Below, one piece after another: positions 1 through 11,100 of a stretch of 64,000 nucleotides of DNA. Location of the stretch: positions 399,086 to 463,085 of the forward strand of contig MU006106.1 of the NCBI GenBank assembly GCA_010093705.1. Reading direction: 5' to 3'. Numbering within the stretch: position 1 is the first letter of the stretch; every line of letters starts with the position of its first letter. Under the pieces are notes generated by a model. It saw only the letters and a list, made by a program, of their open reading frames with translations, made no database searches and was not told the origin of the DNA. The position numbers and the translations under genes are program-made. The stretch is from Patellaria atrata CBS 101060 (Eukaryota).

Positions 1-107
1 CATATTCCTTATTCACGCGCGCCTTCCTCCATCGTAGACCATCAACGATCATTTCGATAACCACTGGCAATCCTCTCGCTCAGAGCACAAGCAGTCACGT
101 CGTCAAG

Positions 108-2940
108 ATGGCGGCCGTCGCCAACGGCGCTCTAACACCGCCCGTCATTTCTGAATCCTCTGTTTCTTCGACTTTGGCCACGAAACGAAAACGCTCTCCG
201 AGCAGCGCTCAAGCATTGCCAAATGGTGACCATGTTGAGGAGGAGACACAGATATTGCCAGATCCAAAACTACCTTCGCGTCTATTAGAAGATATCGGCA
301 CTGTGCTCAGAAAGTATGTCCTAATTCACTATCATCAACCTCTAATTACTTACAGAGAACTTTCACCGCAATAAGTGCTAACCCTCGTCTTTCTTTAGCA
401 TTGACACTAGCCCTTCAATATTAGAGCGCCCTCTACGTACGAGTCGCGGCAGGTCGCCGTCTAGAGAACCTTCTTCAAAGAAAACGAAACTTTCAGAAAC
501 CGATCCGCGTTCCATCATCTCCAAACTGCTGACGGGCGCATACTTCTCTCTTGAAGATTTGACCAAGGATGTCGAGGAAGCGTCTTCTGCCGTGTTGGCT
601 TCGGTTCAAGAAAAAGAAAACATGCCTAATGGAATAGCACATAAGAGCGTGGAATATACTACAGATAAATCTTTGCTTGCGAAGGTTCTCGCTTTCAAAA
701 AAGTCACAGCGGAGATTGTGGCTCGCGAAGAGCAGCGCAAACGGTTTAAAACCCAAAATAACCCGGAAACTAAAGCAGGAATGGATGGTGTTGCCAAAGT
801 AGAAATTAATGGTATTGTTAATGGTCTCAGTAAGATCAGCGTTTTGGATGGAAGTGGTAACGGGAGAGCTGTGCTCACGCTTTACGCAAATGCACAAGGA
901 CCGAAGCAACTCTTTTCGAGCTTACAAAGGCCTCAATCTGTGAGGAAGCGCACAAGTTCGAGTTCTGAGTCAACACTGGACTCTTCCATCAAGGTCGTAC
1001 TCCCATTGGATGACTCGACGTTTCCCAATATGATATGTTCAAGCACAATTTTACCATTTCAGGACAGTGCTCAAACCAAAGATCAGAAGAAAATACCAAC
1101 CCTCGGAGAACTTTTCCCCCCTCCCCCTGGCCTTGCTCCGCTTCACCCTCCGAGACCAGCAAAACAGTCATCTACGAGAGGATCAACCATAATTTGGGGT
1201 GCCACTGAGTCAAACCCTAAATCAAATCGGAAATCCGTATCGACATATAGCACTCAGAAACTGACTGTGGGTCAATCTCTGGGTTATAGTGGTGTGGATA
1301 TACCGCAAGAACCTACCTCACCAGCGGCGAAGCGGAAACAGAGAGATCGGGCGCTAAGTACTGGGGAAGTACACCCGCCGCCATCAGAAGCCGCTATAGC
1401 GAGTTTGCAGCAAGCCAAGACGGACGCGCTTTTCAGAAGTGTCTACTCTAGTTTCGCCCCATGTCGAGACAATTCAGTAGCAGTGGTTCCAGAGGAGACA
1501 AAAAACCGCATGTGGTGGCATAAAATCGGACATAAAAAGTTTCAGGAGCCATGGACCGTCGATCCAGCGCTGCTCGAACCGGAGGAGGCAAACAATGGCA
1601 TGCCCAATGCCGACCCCGTCGATGAAGTAGAAGCGTTCGAAGAGGCCGTTAACAATTTCGTTCCAGAGGATGATATTGCCGCTCAAGAGTACGAAAGATT
1701 TACTCGGGAAAAAGAAGTACACGAAATTCTTCAAGAAATATCAGAGATGTTAGAGACGCTATCGTCATTTCAACGGATTAGAAACGCATCTCTTGCATCG
1801 AATATACGGAATCAAACTACTCAGAGCTCATCCACATCCCTTATGGGAAGTCCAACGACTCCCTCGTCTGCAGAACTCGACCACTACAATCTGCTTAAAT
1901 CACAGTTGTCACTTATGATCTCCATGCTTCCACCGTATGCTGTTGCAAAACTTAATGGAGATCAACTTGCAGATTTGAATATCAGCAGGAACATAGTAAT
2001 CGAAACAAACAATTATGAAGGCATGATGGAAGAAGACCAAGCTTCACGAAACGCAAAGACTGTTGCCTTGAATGCACCTGTTTCAGGTAGTTCTACTGCG
2101 AGAACTGTATCAGGAAATCCTGCACCCCCAGCGCATTATCCGAATGCATCACCTGCCTTCACTCGTCCGATCCCAACACCCTTGTCCCGTCAAGGACCGC
2201 AATCGTACTATCCTCAACAACAACCGCCAAGTAGATCTCCTGCAGTCAACTATTCTCGCCCTCCGACAGGAGCGTCAACTTATCAATCTCAGCCAGCTTT
2301 TCCGCCACAACGACAAGGCTATGGCCAACCACCTTACAACCAACCGGCTCCTAGACCTCAATATAACCCTCCAAACCCGCAGCAATTCTATCAACGACCC
2401 CCCACGCAAGGGTATGGTGTTGGACAGCAATACTATCAGCCATCTCCTCACTCCCAACCCCCAAGTCGGGGATACCAGCAAGGACCGTCTCCCGCATACG
2501 GACAACGCCCTCCCAGTACACCTGGTGTATACGGGTACGGCGCTTCACCAAGTCCTCATCCTCCCGCTGTATCTCCTGTTAAACAAGCGGCCGCCAACTA
2601 TTCTGCTCATCAATACAATCAGAGCAGACCTACGTATCCCACTCCTAACCCTGGTCAACCAAGACCTCAGTATTATCCGCAACCGCCGAGTCAAAGTACT
2701 CCGCAGTATGTTCCTCATATCTCTTATGAACCTCCACTCCGACATCAGTACCTACCCCCTCAAACCATATTGTAACGAAGTAAGCTAATTTCTGGTAGAT
2801 CAAATACTCCAGTAGGTATTCAACCTCAACCAGGACCAGCTATACCCACGGCACCTATAAATCACAACGGTCCGACTACTCCTCAACCGCCTAATGGGCA
2901 GTATGGAAATCGTGTCAACGGTGCTCCTATGGTTGCTTAA
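108..2940 (+). CDS. Conserved fungal nuclear protein, possibly Rsc58/BRD7-like chromatin-remodelling subunit, with long Q/P/Y-rich C-terminal tail; 3 exons (108-313, 399-2705, 2799-2940)
   Basis: GT-AG introns 314-398 and 2706-2798 with CTAAC/CTAAT branch sites join ORFs 108 and 559 and the last exon in frame to TAA at 2938-2940. NLS-like TKRKRS. Motifs VLTLYANAQGPKQLFSSLQ and YSSFAPCRDNS recall Rsc58/BRD7-type proteins; the family call is inference. Confidence 0.6.
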
Positions 2941-3499
2941 CTCTAACTTGAGAACTTTGGTCTCTCTAGAGATTTTGAAGGCGTTCTGGTCACTTATCTT
3001 TTCGACGATGGCAAATGTACGTTTATCAATGTGTCATTATACTTAGATCGTTTAGACGATTGGGACAGCTCTTCAGTTCCGGAATTGGGAATGCATTTCG
3101 TATGGCGTTTACAAAACTTCTGTGGGAGGGTGGGATGGGCATCTGTGGAGGGAGGTACAATAGCTTTACCCTGCCCTTTTTAGTAGCTATCTGGGTAGGG
3201 GGTGACTCTTAGATAATCTTTTCTTGGGGGATCCGGCTTTTGCAAATGTATCTAATTACAAGATAATGTTATATAGTACTATACAGCCTCCTATGACCAA
3301 GTTACTGTGACCTGTTAAACCGATCTAAGAATGTCTCCAAACCTACCTTCTGCTTAGCTTGTACTTGCTACCTATATAATACCAATTAACAGATCAAAAA
3401 TATTATAATGCAGTGAAACCATAACTTGGCAAGACTTTTGAGCGGAAGGAACAAAACGTATGGTGCTCAACCAGCAAAAAGCAAAAGTAAATGTGGTTA

Positions 3500-3598
3500 C
3501 GACACAGACAAGATTCGAACTTGCGAGGCCGAAGCCATTAGATGACTGAATCACGTGGTAATTCAAGTCTAACCCATTAACCACTCTGGCACTGTGCC
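3500..3598 (-). tRNA. tRNA-Ser (anticodon UGA) with 18-nt intron (3544-3561)
   Basis: Minus strand GGCACAG...CTGTGTC-G acceptor stem with G discriminator; D-arm TGCCAGAGTGGTTAATGGG; anticodon stem TTAGA/TCTAA with loop CT-TGA-A|intron|A; long variable arm GGCTTCGGCC; T-loop GTTCGAATC; oligo-T Pol III terminator downstream (plus-strand A runs 3476-3490). Confidence 0.95.
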
Positions 3599-3969
3599 TA
3601 GAAGTAACTGCATAATACTACCATTTTATAATTTAGTAACCTTTCATCCTAAAAAGTGATCAGTGAGCAGGTGCAGCTGTGGAGTCATTGTGCGCTTAAG
3701 AGTTATTTTTAGCATTATTCGGTTAGAGAAGGTACGAGAGTCGGGGTTAAGGAGTGTAAGGTGGGGCAGTTTGCGTACTTGAGCCGTTTAGGGGTCATCA
3801 TTTACCTGAGATAGTATCAATTTCCCCTTAAAATAACCTTAAGAACGACTTTTAAAAATGCTCTAAACGCATGAGAATAAGCATCTAATTGTTCAACTAG
3901 TTTTGATGAAAGCACTAAGATACGGTACATCAGAGGTTTGAGCTAAATCGACTATCATAATTACAGATA

Positions 3970-4914
3970 TTAGATAGAAGACTTCTTGCTCAAGGCCCAC
4001 CTCTCCGTCTCATCGTCCTTTACAACCTTTCCCTCGCCCAGCAGCTTTTTCAATATTTGCTCAACTCCCTTCTGCGCTGGTTCCCAAAGGTTCTCGGGGT
4101 AATCTTTATATATGACCTTTACAATTTCCATACTCGTCCACCCAGCATGACTATCGTTCTCCTGGGTTAGTACATCGAGAACTTGATTTTCTCTTTCCTT
4201 TCTGTGTGCGATGTATTCCAAAATCTTGCCTTTTCCATCTTCAATCACAGGACCATGTCCAGGATATGCTCGACCAGAAAATTCCTTGGACATATGATCT
4301 AGGCTATCCAAATATTTCGTCAAGTCTTCGAACACTGCAGTGCCCTGGCCTAGTACGTTATCTCCCGTAAACATCGCGTCCTCTTCTTCCAATATCAAGG
4401 CCATATGATCCGTTGTATGACCTGGGCAGTAGAAGGCCCGCAGAGTTGCGCCTTCCGTCGTAAATTTCTGCCCATCTGCTATGTCTTCCCATCCTTCGTC
4501 TGGTGTATTCTTAAAGACCTTAGTCGATGACGAGAGCGAAAGGAGATCAGGCACCCCTTGAACATGATCTTGATGCCAGTGTGTCAAAATTGCTTGAGAC
4601 ACGGACACTTTCTCAGAATCTAATACAGATTTCAAGGCATTTCGCCAGACCGGTTGACCTTCACCAGTATCAATGAGTAGGCGCCGCGGCCCCTGACCAA
4701 CAAGGTATGTATTTGTGCCTTTGAAACAGTGAGTGGGATGTCTCAAATACAAATCGTGATGCTTACCTTGAAGCGTAAACTAAGCATCGTTAGAGAGAGC
4801 TTGTAGCACACGAGCAACCTATTGAATCACCTTTCCGGGATTTCCGCCTAAGATTCGTATCACTCGAGCCGATAGTCTTTCGATCTCGGGAAGAGGGACG
4901 AGTTGTGCTGCCAT
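3970..4914 (-). CDS. Metallo-beta-lactamase fold protein, LACTB2-like
   Basis: Spliced N-terminus MAAQLVPLPEIERLSARVIRILGGNPGK|FTLQG|TNTYLVG, including a 13-nt micro-exon at 4767-4779. THWHQDH metal motif, PGHTTDH, FTGDNVLG, YPGHG, and a C-terminal winged-helix-like region. Confidence 0.9.
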
Positions 4915-5187
4915 GCTGAGCTAGATACAAATAGCATATAGCTAATCTTGAAGGTTAGCTAGTCTTCGCAGATGATACCTACTATAACGGATCAAAAGGT
5001 ACTGTACAAGACTTGAGATAAGGATGTGCTCTAATCATGTCGAAAATTAAGAGGTGACAGTCGAACCGAGGCGGTCGGCATCTGTGAAAATAAACGCCGA
5101 TACAATAAATTTGTTTATCCTCACGACGAGTACCTTGATGCCAGCGCACACTTCTACGATCAAAATTCATAGGATTTTCGTGCTATC

Positions 5188-5955
5188 ATGTCTAATACGG
5201 AGGATGATGATATACCGTAAAATCATGTTTTACCCACCGCTTGACAAATCTGAAACTAATAGGGATTATGCAGACAATTATCGGCTGGTGCCCTCGACGC
5301 TCTGAAAGATTTTTACGGAGAGAAAGATAAGCGCGAAAAACAGTTTGAGGAGTTGAAGTCCCGAGCAGAGAATGAATTTGATCAAAAACCGCTGTCAATT
5401 GAAGCCTTTGCTGAGGATTGGAATTCGAGTCAGTTCTGGTACAGCGATGAGACCGCAACAGCGCTTGCGAAACAGCTGCTAGATGGAGCAACAAATGACA
5501 CTTCTATTGCCGTCGTATCTGCACCCAGCGTGTTCATCCAGCTCAAGAACCTTCTTTCCTATGGCGAATACGACATTAAGCCTAGGCTTGCTCTCCTTGA
5601 GTATGATGAACGCTTTTCTGTATTCAAGGAGTTCGTGCCGTACGACTTCGAACAGCCCATCCGTCTTCCTAGAGAACTAAAAGGAAATTTTGACCGCATC
5701 ATCTGTGATCCACCATTCCTTAGTCAGGACTGTCAGACCAAGGCTGCCTTGACTGTTCGTTGGCTTTCGGTTCTCGGCCAGGAACAACTTCGACTGATTG
5801 TCTGCACTGGGGAAAGAATGAGCGAGTTAATTACGAAACTCTATGCGAAATCAGGCATCCGAACGACAAGTTATGAAGTCAAGCACGCTAAAGGACTCAG
5901 CAACGAGTTCAGATGTTATGCTAACTTCGAATGTGCATCGTGGAACTGGATGTGA
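5188..5955 (+). CDS. EFM5: EEF1A lysine N-methyltransferase (Efm5/N6AMT2 family)
   Basis: ATG 5188, intron 5217-5273, then QLSAGALDALKDFY. Family motifs EDWNSSQFWYS, VVSAPS, LLEYDERF, CDPPFL, LSNEFRCYANF. Confidence 0.9.
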
Positions 5956-6203
5956 CTTCTAGGATATCTTGAAGAAAGTTCTTTAACCTACCTCATGTCG
6001 GGAAGATGTTGGTTCTCATCTTCGAATAATTTTGATACTACAGAAGTATCATCACCCTTTCTGGAATAGCGCAACTTTTTAATATCGCGTGTTCACTTCC
6101 CGAATTTCCACCGACACCCAAGCTTTCAAACGTTAGATGGAATCATGGGAAGCTTCATTAACCCCGCGAAATCACCACCCTTTGATTCAACCGTACGTTA
6201 ACC

Positions 6204-6759
6204 ATGGCTTGTATCTTCTGCAGGATTATCAAGGGTATGAAGTACTCACAATCCTCTCATATTTCTCGCTAAATGGCACGTCAGGCGAAATCCCAAGCTT
6301 CAAGCTCTTTGAAAGTGAGAAAACGCTAGCTTTCCTCGACATCGGACCGCTAAGCAAGGGACACTCTGTAAGTTGTACAAGTACCAATATAGTCAACAGT
6401 GTTAACACGCATCAGCTCATTATCCCTAAACACCATGGAGCTAAACTCACGGATATACCCGACGATCAATTGTTAGAAGTTCTCGTACGTCCCGCTCTAC
6501 TTTTAATATTGAACCTTGATGAGTAACAGAATATGGTTTTAAGGCGGTGACCAAAAAGATTGCTACTGCTACAGGTGCAACAGATTACAATATTCTACAA
6601 AACAACGGCAGGATTGCGCACCAAATGGTGGACCACGTACACTTCCATTTCATCCCGAAGCCAAATGAGGAAGAAGGACTCCAAATTGGATGGCCGACTA
6701 AGGAAGCAGATAAGGGTGCTTTAGCAACTTATCTCGAGGAGCTAAAGGCGAAGATGTAA
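6204..6759 (+). CDS. HNT1: HIT family nucleotide hydrolase (Hint/Hnt1), 4 exons
   Basis: MACIFCRIIKG|EIPSFKLFE...AFLDIGPLSKGHS|LIIPKHH...QNNGRIAHQMVDHVHFHFIPK contains the histidine triad HxHxH; three GT-AG introns. Confidence 0.95.
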
Positions 6760-8156
6760 AGCGAAAATATATGTGGTACGTAACTACCGCACAGGCTAGA
6801 AGCATATTTCAAATGAGAGAGTTCCGTTAAGGAAATAAAAAAAAAATGAATCCCACAATTGTACCTCGTCAGACAGTCCTACTTCTGTATATCTGCTCGT
6901 CTTCAAATTAGACAATCAGGACCAAGATGATATCGACTCGCAACTGACCTCAGATATGATTCTCCCTTTACATGCCATGATTGGTGGCCCATCATTTCAT
7001 CGAGCACAAAATGCTTACCGTGAATATGAAATGTTAGGGCCAGTGAGATGATCGTTAAGCTGTAGTAACATACAGGAGCTACGATTCTCATCAAAGTTCC
7101 AGGGCCGGCTTCGCCATGATATGATGCTTGTACAGTATTGTGAACTAATATAGAACGAAATATAGGATAGCGCGGTAAATATGGCGTACTGCTCTTGATT
7201 GAACAACCACATTATCTATAGACAACAGCAGAAGTCGCTACCTCACCGGTCCTTGGTATCATGAAGTCCAGTAATTAGGAAAATCTCCACCTTCCTAGTA
7301 CAGTTCAGCACTGTATACTGAGCATGTAGCTGTAGGCTTGGATTCATCGTACACCACGGCAATCGATGCAGAAGTTACGAGAATGGGCGTACATTAGCTC
7401 AGTTATCCGCTGGTCGCAAGAATCCCAATCACGTATTCCGGTGTTTCGATGTGCGATCGTTCGAATCTGCCTGAGCCCAGGAAAACAATCCTGGTCTACA
7501 AGTTCGGGGAAAATTCACCTACGAAATTATATAAAGATTGGTCTCTTGTCATATATACCAGATTTCTAGTCAAAGATCCGTGTTCATGAAAGTTGCGAAA
7601 GTTGCGGTTGTATCGAAGCTAATTTATTAGTTGAGAAATGTTGTTGATGACGCCGACGGGATCATCATGCGGGACGTTTGTTTGGGACAAGCGAACTGTG
7701 TCTCCTGGAACATACATACAGCTTTTTCGATCGAAAAAGTAAACAACTTAAGACCTACTTTAGAAGCCGTTTGCATTCTCGAAGCCCCATCACCTTTTCC
7801 TTCTAGACTTTCACTTTGGGCCTGGATTTCCCCAGGTGCGACGTTTCACTGTTGAAGCCGGTGTTCATTCGACTTGCCAACACCAGCGCGGTCACCACAA
7901 TACTTTTCCTTCGACGCGCCCGTTCCGCACAAACCCGATTTCTATCTAGCACAGTTAAAGCACCGGATGTTCTGTAGCATCTCACCGCTGCGCCGAGGAC
8001 CGAAAGGCGACGCGTTTATTCAAACACAACTTTCAAATAGGATACCGCATCCCACAACCGTAACCACCACGCTATCCAAGCATTGAGGCTCGCAAATCGC
8101 ATCACACCTCGCCAGCCCAACAGATTGTATGCATAGCTCCAGGGCTTTCATACAGT

Positions 8157-11100
8157 ATGGCCGGAAGCAGTCATGAAGGTGAAGACTTGCGAACGTTCGA
8201 AATACCGGATTCAGACTTACCTCCTCTACCGACCGACGATGACGAGTTTCTAGGAGATGAGAGTGCATTTGGGGACAGCCAGGTGAACAGTGATGGCATA
8301 TTGTTGGATAAAGAACTTAATCGTAAGCTGATGGATGTGGAGTCGAGCTTCTTACCCGAGCTTTCCCCCCAAAATGCCACCTCCGCTGCGCCAGTAGGGG
8401 TTGACGATACCTATCTATTCGGGGGATCTCCAGGGCATACGCGGCCACGATCTAGAATGAGCGGACGAAGTCACGGAGAACAGGACGTATCCGAAATATC
8501 AAAGATGGATTCCCCATCACCAGAAGAACATGCGCTACCATCGTCCTCCTCACCTGCGACACCTGAAGATGCGTATAAGACGCCCGCACCTGCCCGTATC
8601 GAGAATGAGGTTGATTTCCAGGCCGGGGATACAACGCATGATGATACAGAGGATACAAACACAAGCTCTATTGACGTCCCGTCATCCCCTACTGCTGCAG
8701 CAGCTCAGCGAAACTTAGCTCGAACCGTCTCAAGAGATGCGCTGAACAATCGTAACGGAGATGAAGAAAACTATGATGCTGTGGATACGGCAGACGAAAG
8801 CAAGAGGAAGACCAAATCTCCGGGATCCCCACGACCGACATCTCGTGCGTCCACCGTAAAAGCCACAGTTACGCCAGATGATGAAACCTCTCTTCTTCCG
8901 TCCCACGATAACCCTATTCAGTCCGTTGAGGAGGACACAAGCACAACAGATGCTACGGCATCTTCACTTCTCCGAAAGCGTCCAAGTTATCTAACGAATC
9001 GACTTGCAAGCCAGCGCTCCTCAACCTCGTCAATTGCGAATAAATCAGACTATTCTGCAGATGCTAGAAGTGATGCAACTCTGGGAGCTGATTTCGCACT
9101 TCAATCTGGAGGTGCAGCTCCTGCGGTTAGTTCGACAAGATCCAGTTACGGGCTATCTAGGTTACCGAGTTTGGGAAGTATAGTTTCTGGCTACAGTGAT
9201 TCGGGACAATCGTATGACCCCCGCAGAAGTATCAGTGGTTTCCAATCCCTAGGAGGATTGCAAGGCGATAAGACTTTGGAGAGATTAGAGGAACAGGAAC
9301 GAGAAAATTCAATGTCTCCTCCACCGGCCACCCCGCGTAAGGATGGTAACACAGCACAAGCTCCGACCGATACGGTTATCGCACAGCATTTGAAGAACAT
9401 TCAGGTACCAGACACCATTGCTAAAAAGTATCGAGAAGAGCGCGCCAAGTCGCCAGACAAACGGTCTATAGGACTTCCTCTCGGTCGTTCCAGAAATAAT
9501 CTCACTTTGAAGGAGCAGAACAGCAAAATAGACTCACTCAGCAAAGAAAACTTTGACTTGAAATTGAGGATCTACTACTTGGACCAAGCGTTACAAGCTC
9601 ATTCTGACGAAGGAGTCAAAGAAATGATCGCAAAGAACGTCCAGTTACAGACCGATCTCGCCACAGAAAAGAAGGAAACCCAATCACTCCGCCGCAAGGT
9701 TCGGGAATTAGAGCGAAAGCTCAAGGCACACGAGGAAGACAAGACTAATACCAAGGTGTCTGAACAAGATGAAGAAACGGGAAGCAACTCGTCTTTCCGA
9801 AATGCCGAGTTAGAGGAAGAAATTATATACTTGAGGGAATGTCTTCAACATTCGGAAGTACAAATTGAAAAGCTTAGGGAAGATGGTCTGGCAAAAGAGG
9901 TTGAGAAACGGCGCCTTGCGGAATATGTGAAATCAATGAGCGACCGGGGTGTTCCCGAACCCGTTGCTGGAGTTGAAGAGGCCATGGAAATGTGGAAGGA
10001 CTTGCTGCAAGCTGAGACTGCGCGCCGTGAACAAGCAGACGAGGATGCACAAAAATTGCGTGAGGAGATTAGACGTTTGAAGAGCGAGACCCCATCTACT
10101 ACTAACCACCATGTTCGAAACGTCTATCAGATCAGTAAACGCAACCATACCTCATATACCTCACGATCACTTTCTGGAGCTTCAGACAATACCAACGATC
10201 AGAATGGAAGGCAGAGCATGCAGAGTGGGTCTACTATGACCCTTGTTGACCAGCTCAAACATGAGAACGCGGAGTTGCGGCGTGATCTCGGTGCTCAAAC
10301 ATCTATGCTTACTTCTAGAAATCGTGAACGAGAAAGACTCCAGCAAGAGATTGAGGACCTCAAACTCACTCAGAGAAGAGGCGATGGACGGTCGATAGCC
10401 GGTGATAGCATATTCGAACGATCGATATCCCGCGCACATCAAAGATCCGTATCCCGTGCTAGTGGTGCTACCGGCATGACGAAGAATACTCAGCTGAGCG
10501 ATGCCGAGCGAGACGACTACGAGAATAAACAAGCTACCCTCCGCGACGAACTTGCTAACGCTAAACTGGAAAACCAAGAGCTTGAGAGAGAGTTCAATGC
10601 ACATCTAACTGTTCTTGACCAGACAGAAGCTGATGTTCGCGCTCTTAAGGAGGAGAGAGACCTACTCATGAATGATATTCAGGCCATCCAGACAGAACGC
10701 GATGATATCTTGCTTTCTCTTGAGGAGAAGGAAGCGGAATGCGAGAACCTCAAAGTGAAAGCAGAGACTACTATCAGACAGCTTGATGACGAACTCGATA
10801 AGAAGGATCAAGATATTTCGCAGTTAGTGCAGGAACTCGAGAACCGCAACGAAGATTTCGCCGCGCTTCAAGATGAGATGAAGAATGTAAGTGGAAGTTT
10901 AATACAGCTGGAGGATGATCTGCTCGCAAAACAACAAAAGATCCAGACACTTGAAGCAGAACTTGATGACGCCAATCGCGAACTCGACACTTTAGACAAA
11001 CGCCTAAGTGAGACAACCTCCAAAAACGAACGACTCGAGGTCCAATTAGAGTCGACTCAGGGTGAAATTGCCTTCCTTAGGGAGGAACAAGAAGGTGATA

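Noticed and set aside
3500..3598. Possible selenocysteine or suppressor tRNA (TCA visible on the plus strand)
   Set aside because: The gene is on the minus strand, the anticodon reads UGA (Ser, decoding UCA), and the acceptor stem is a normal 7 bp.
3970..4914. Antibiotic-resistance beta-lactamase or horizontal transfer
   Set aside because: Intron-containing LACTB2-type housekeeping member of the fold; no signal peptide.
5188..5955. DPPF motif suggesting a DNA N6-adenine methyltransferase (restriction-modification-like or 6mA system)
   Set aside because: Surrounding motifs (EDWxxSQFWY, LSNEFRCYANF) identify the Efm5/N6AMT2 family, which methylates a lysine of eEF1A rather than DNA.
5953..6070. 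Stop-codon readthrough of EFM5 (TGA CTT) to a cryptic PTS1
   Set aside because: The context is not the TGA CTA readthrough motif, and the extension ends ...FLE, which is not a PTS1.
9694..9725. PTS2-like nonapeptide in ApsB (KVRELERKL)
   Set aside because: Position 8 is K rather than H/Q, so it does not fit the PTS2 consensus.
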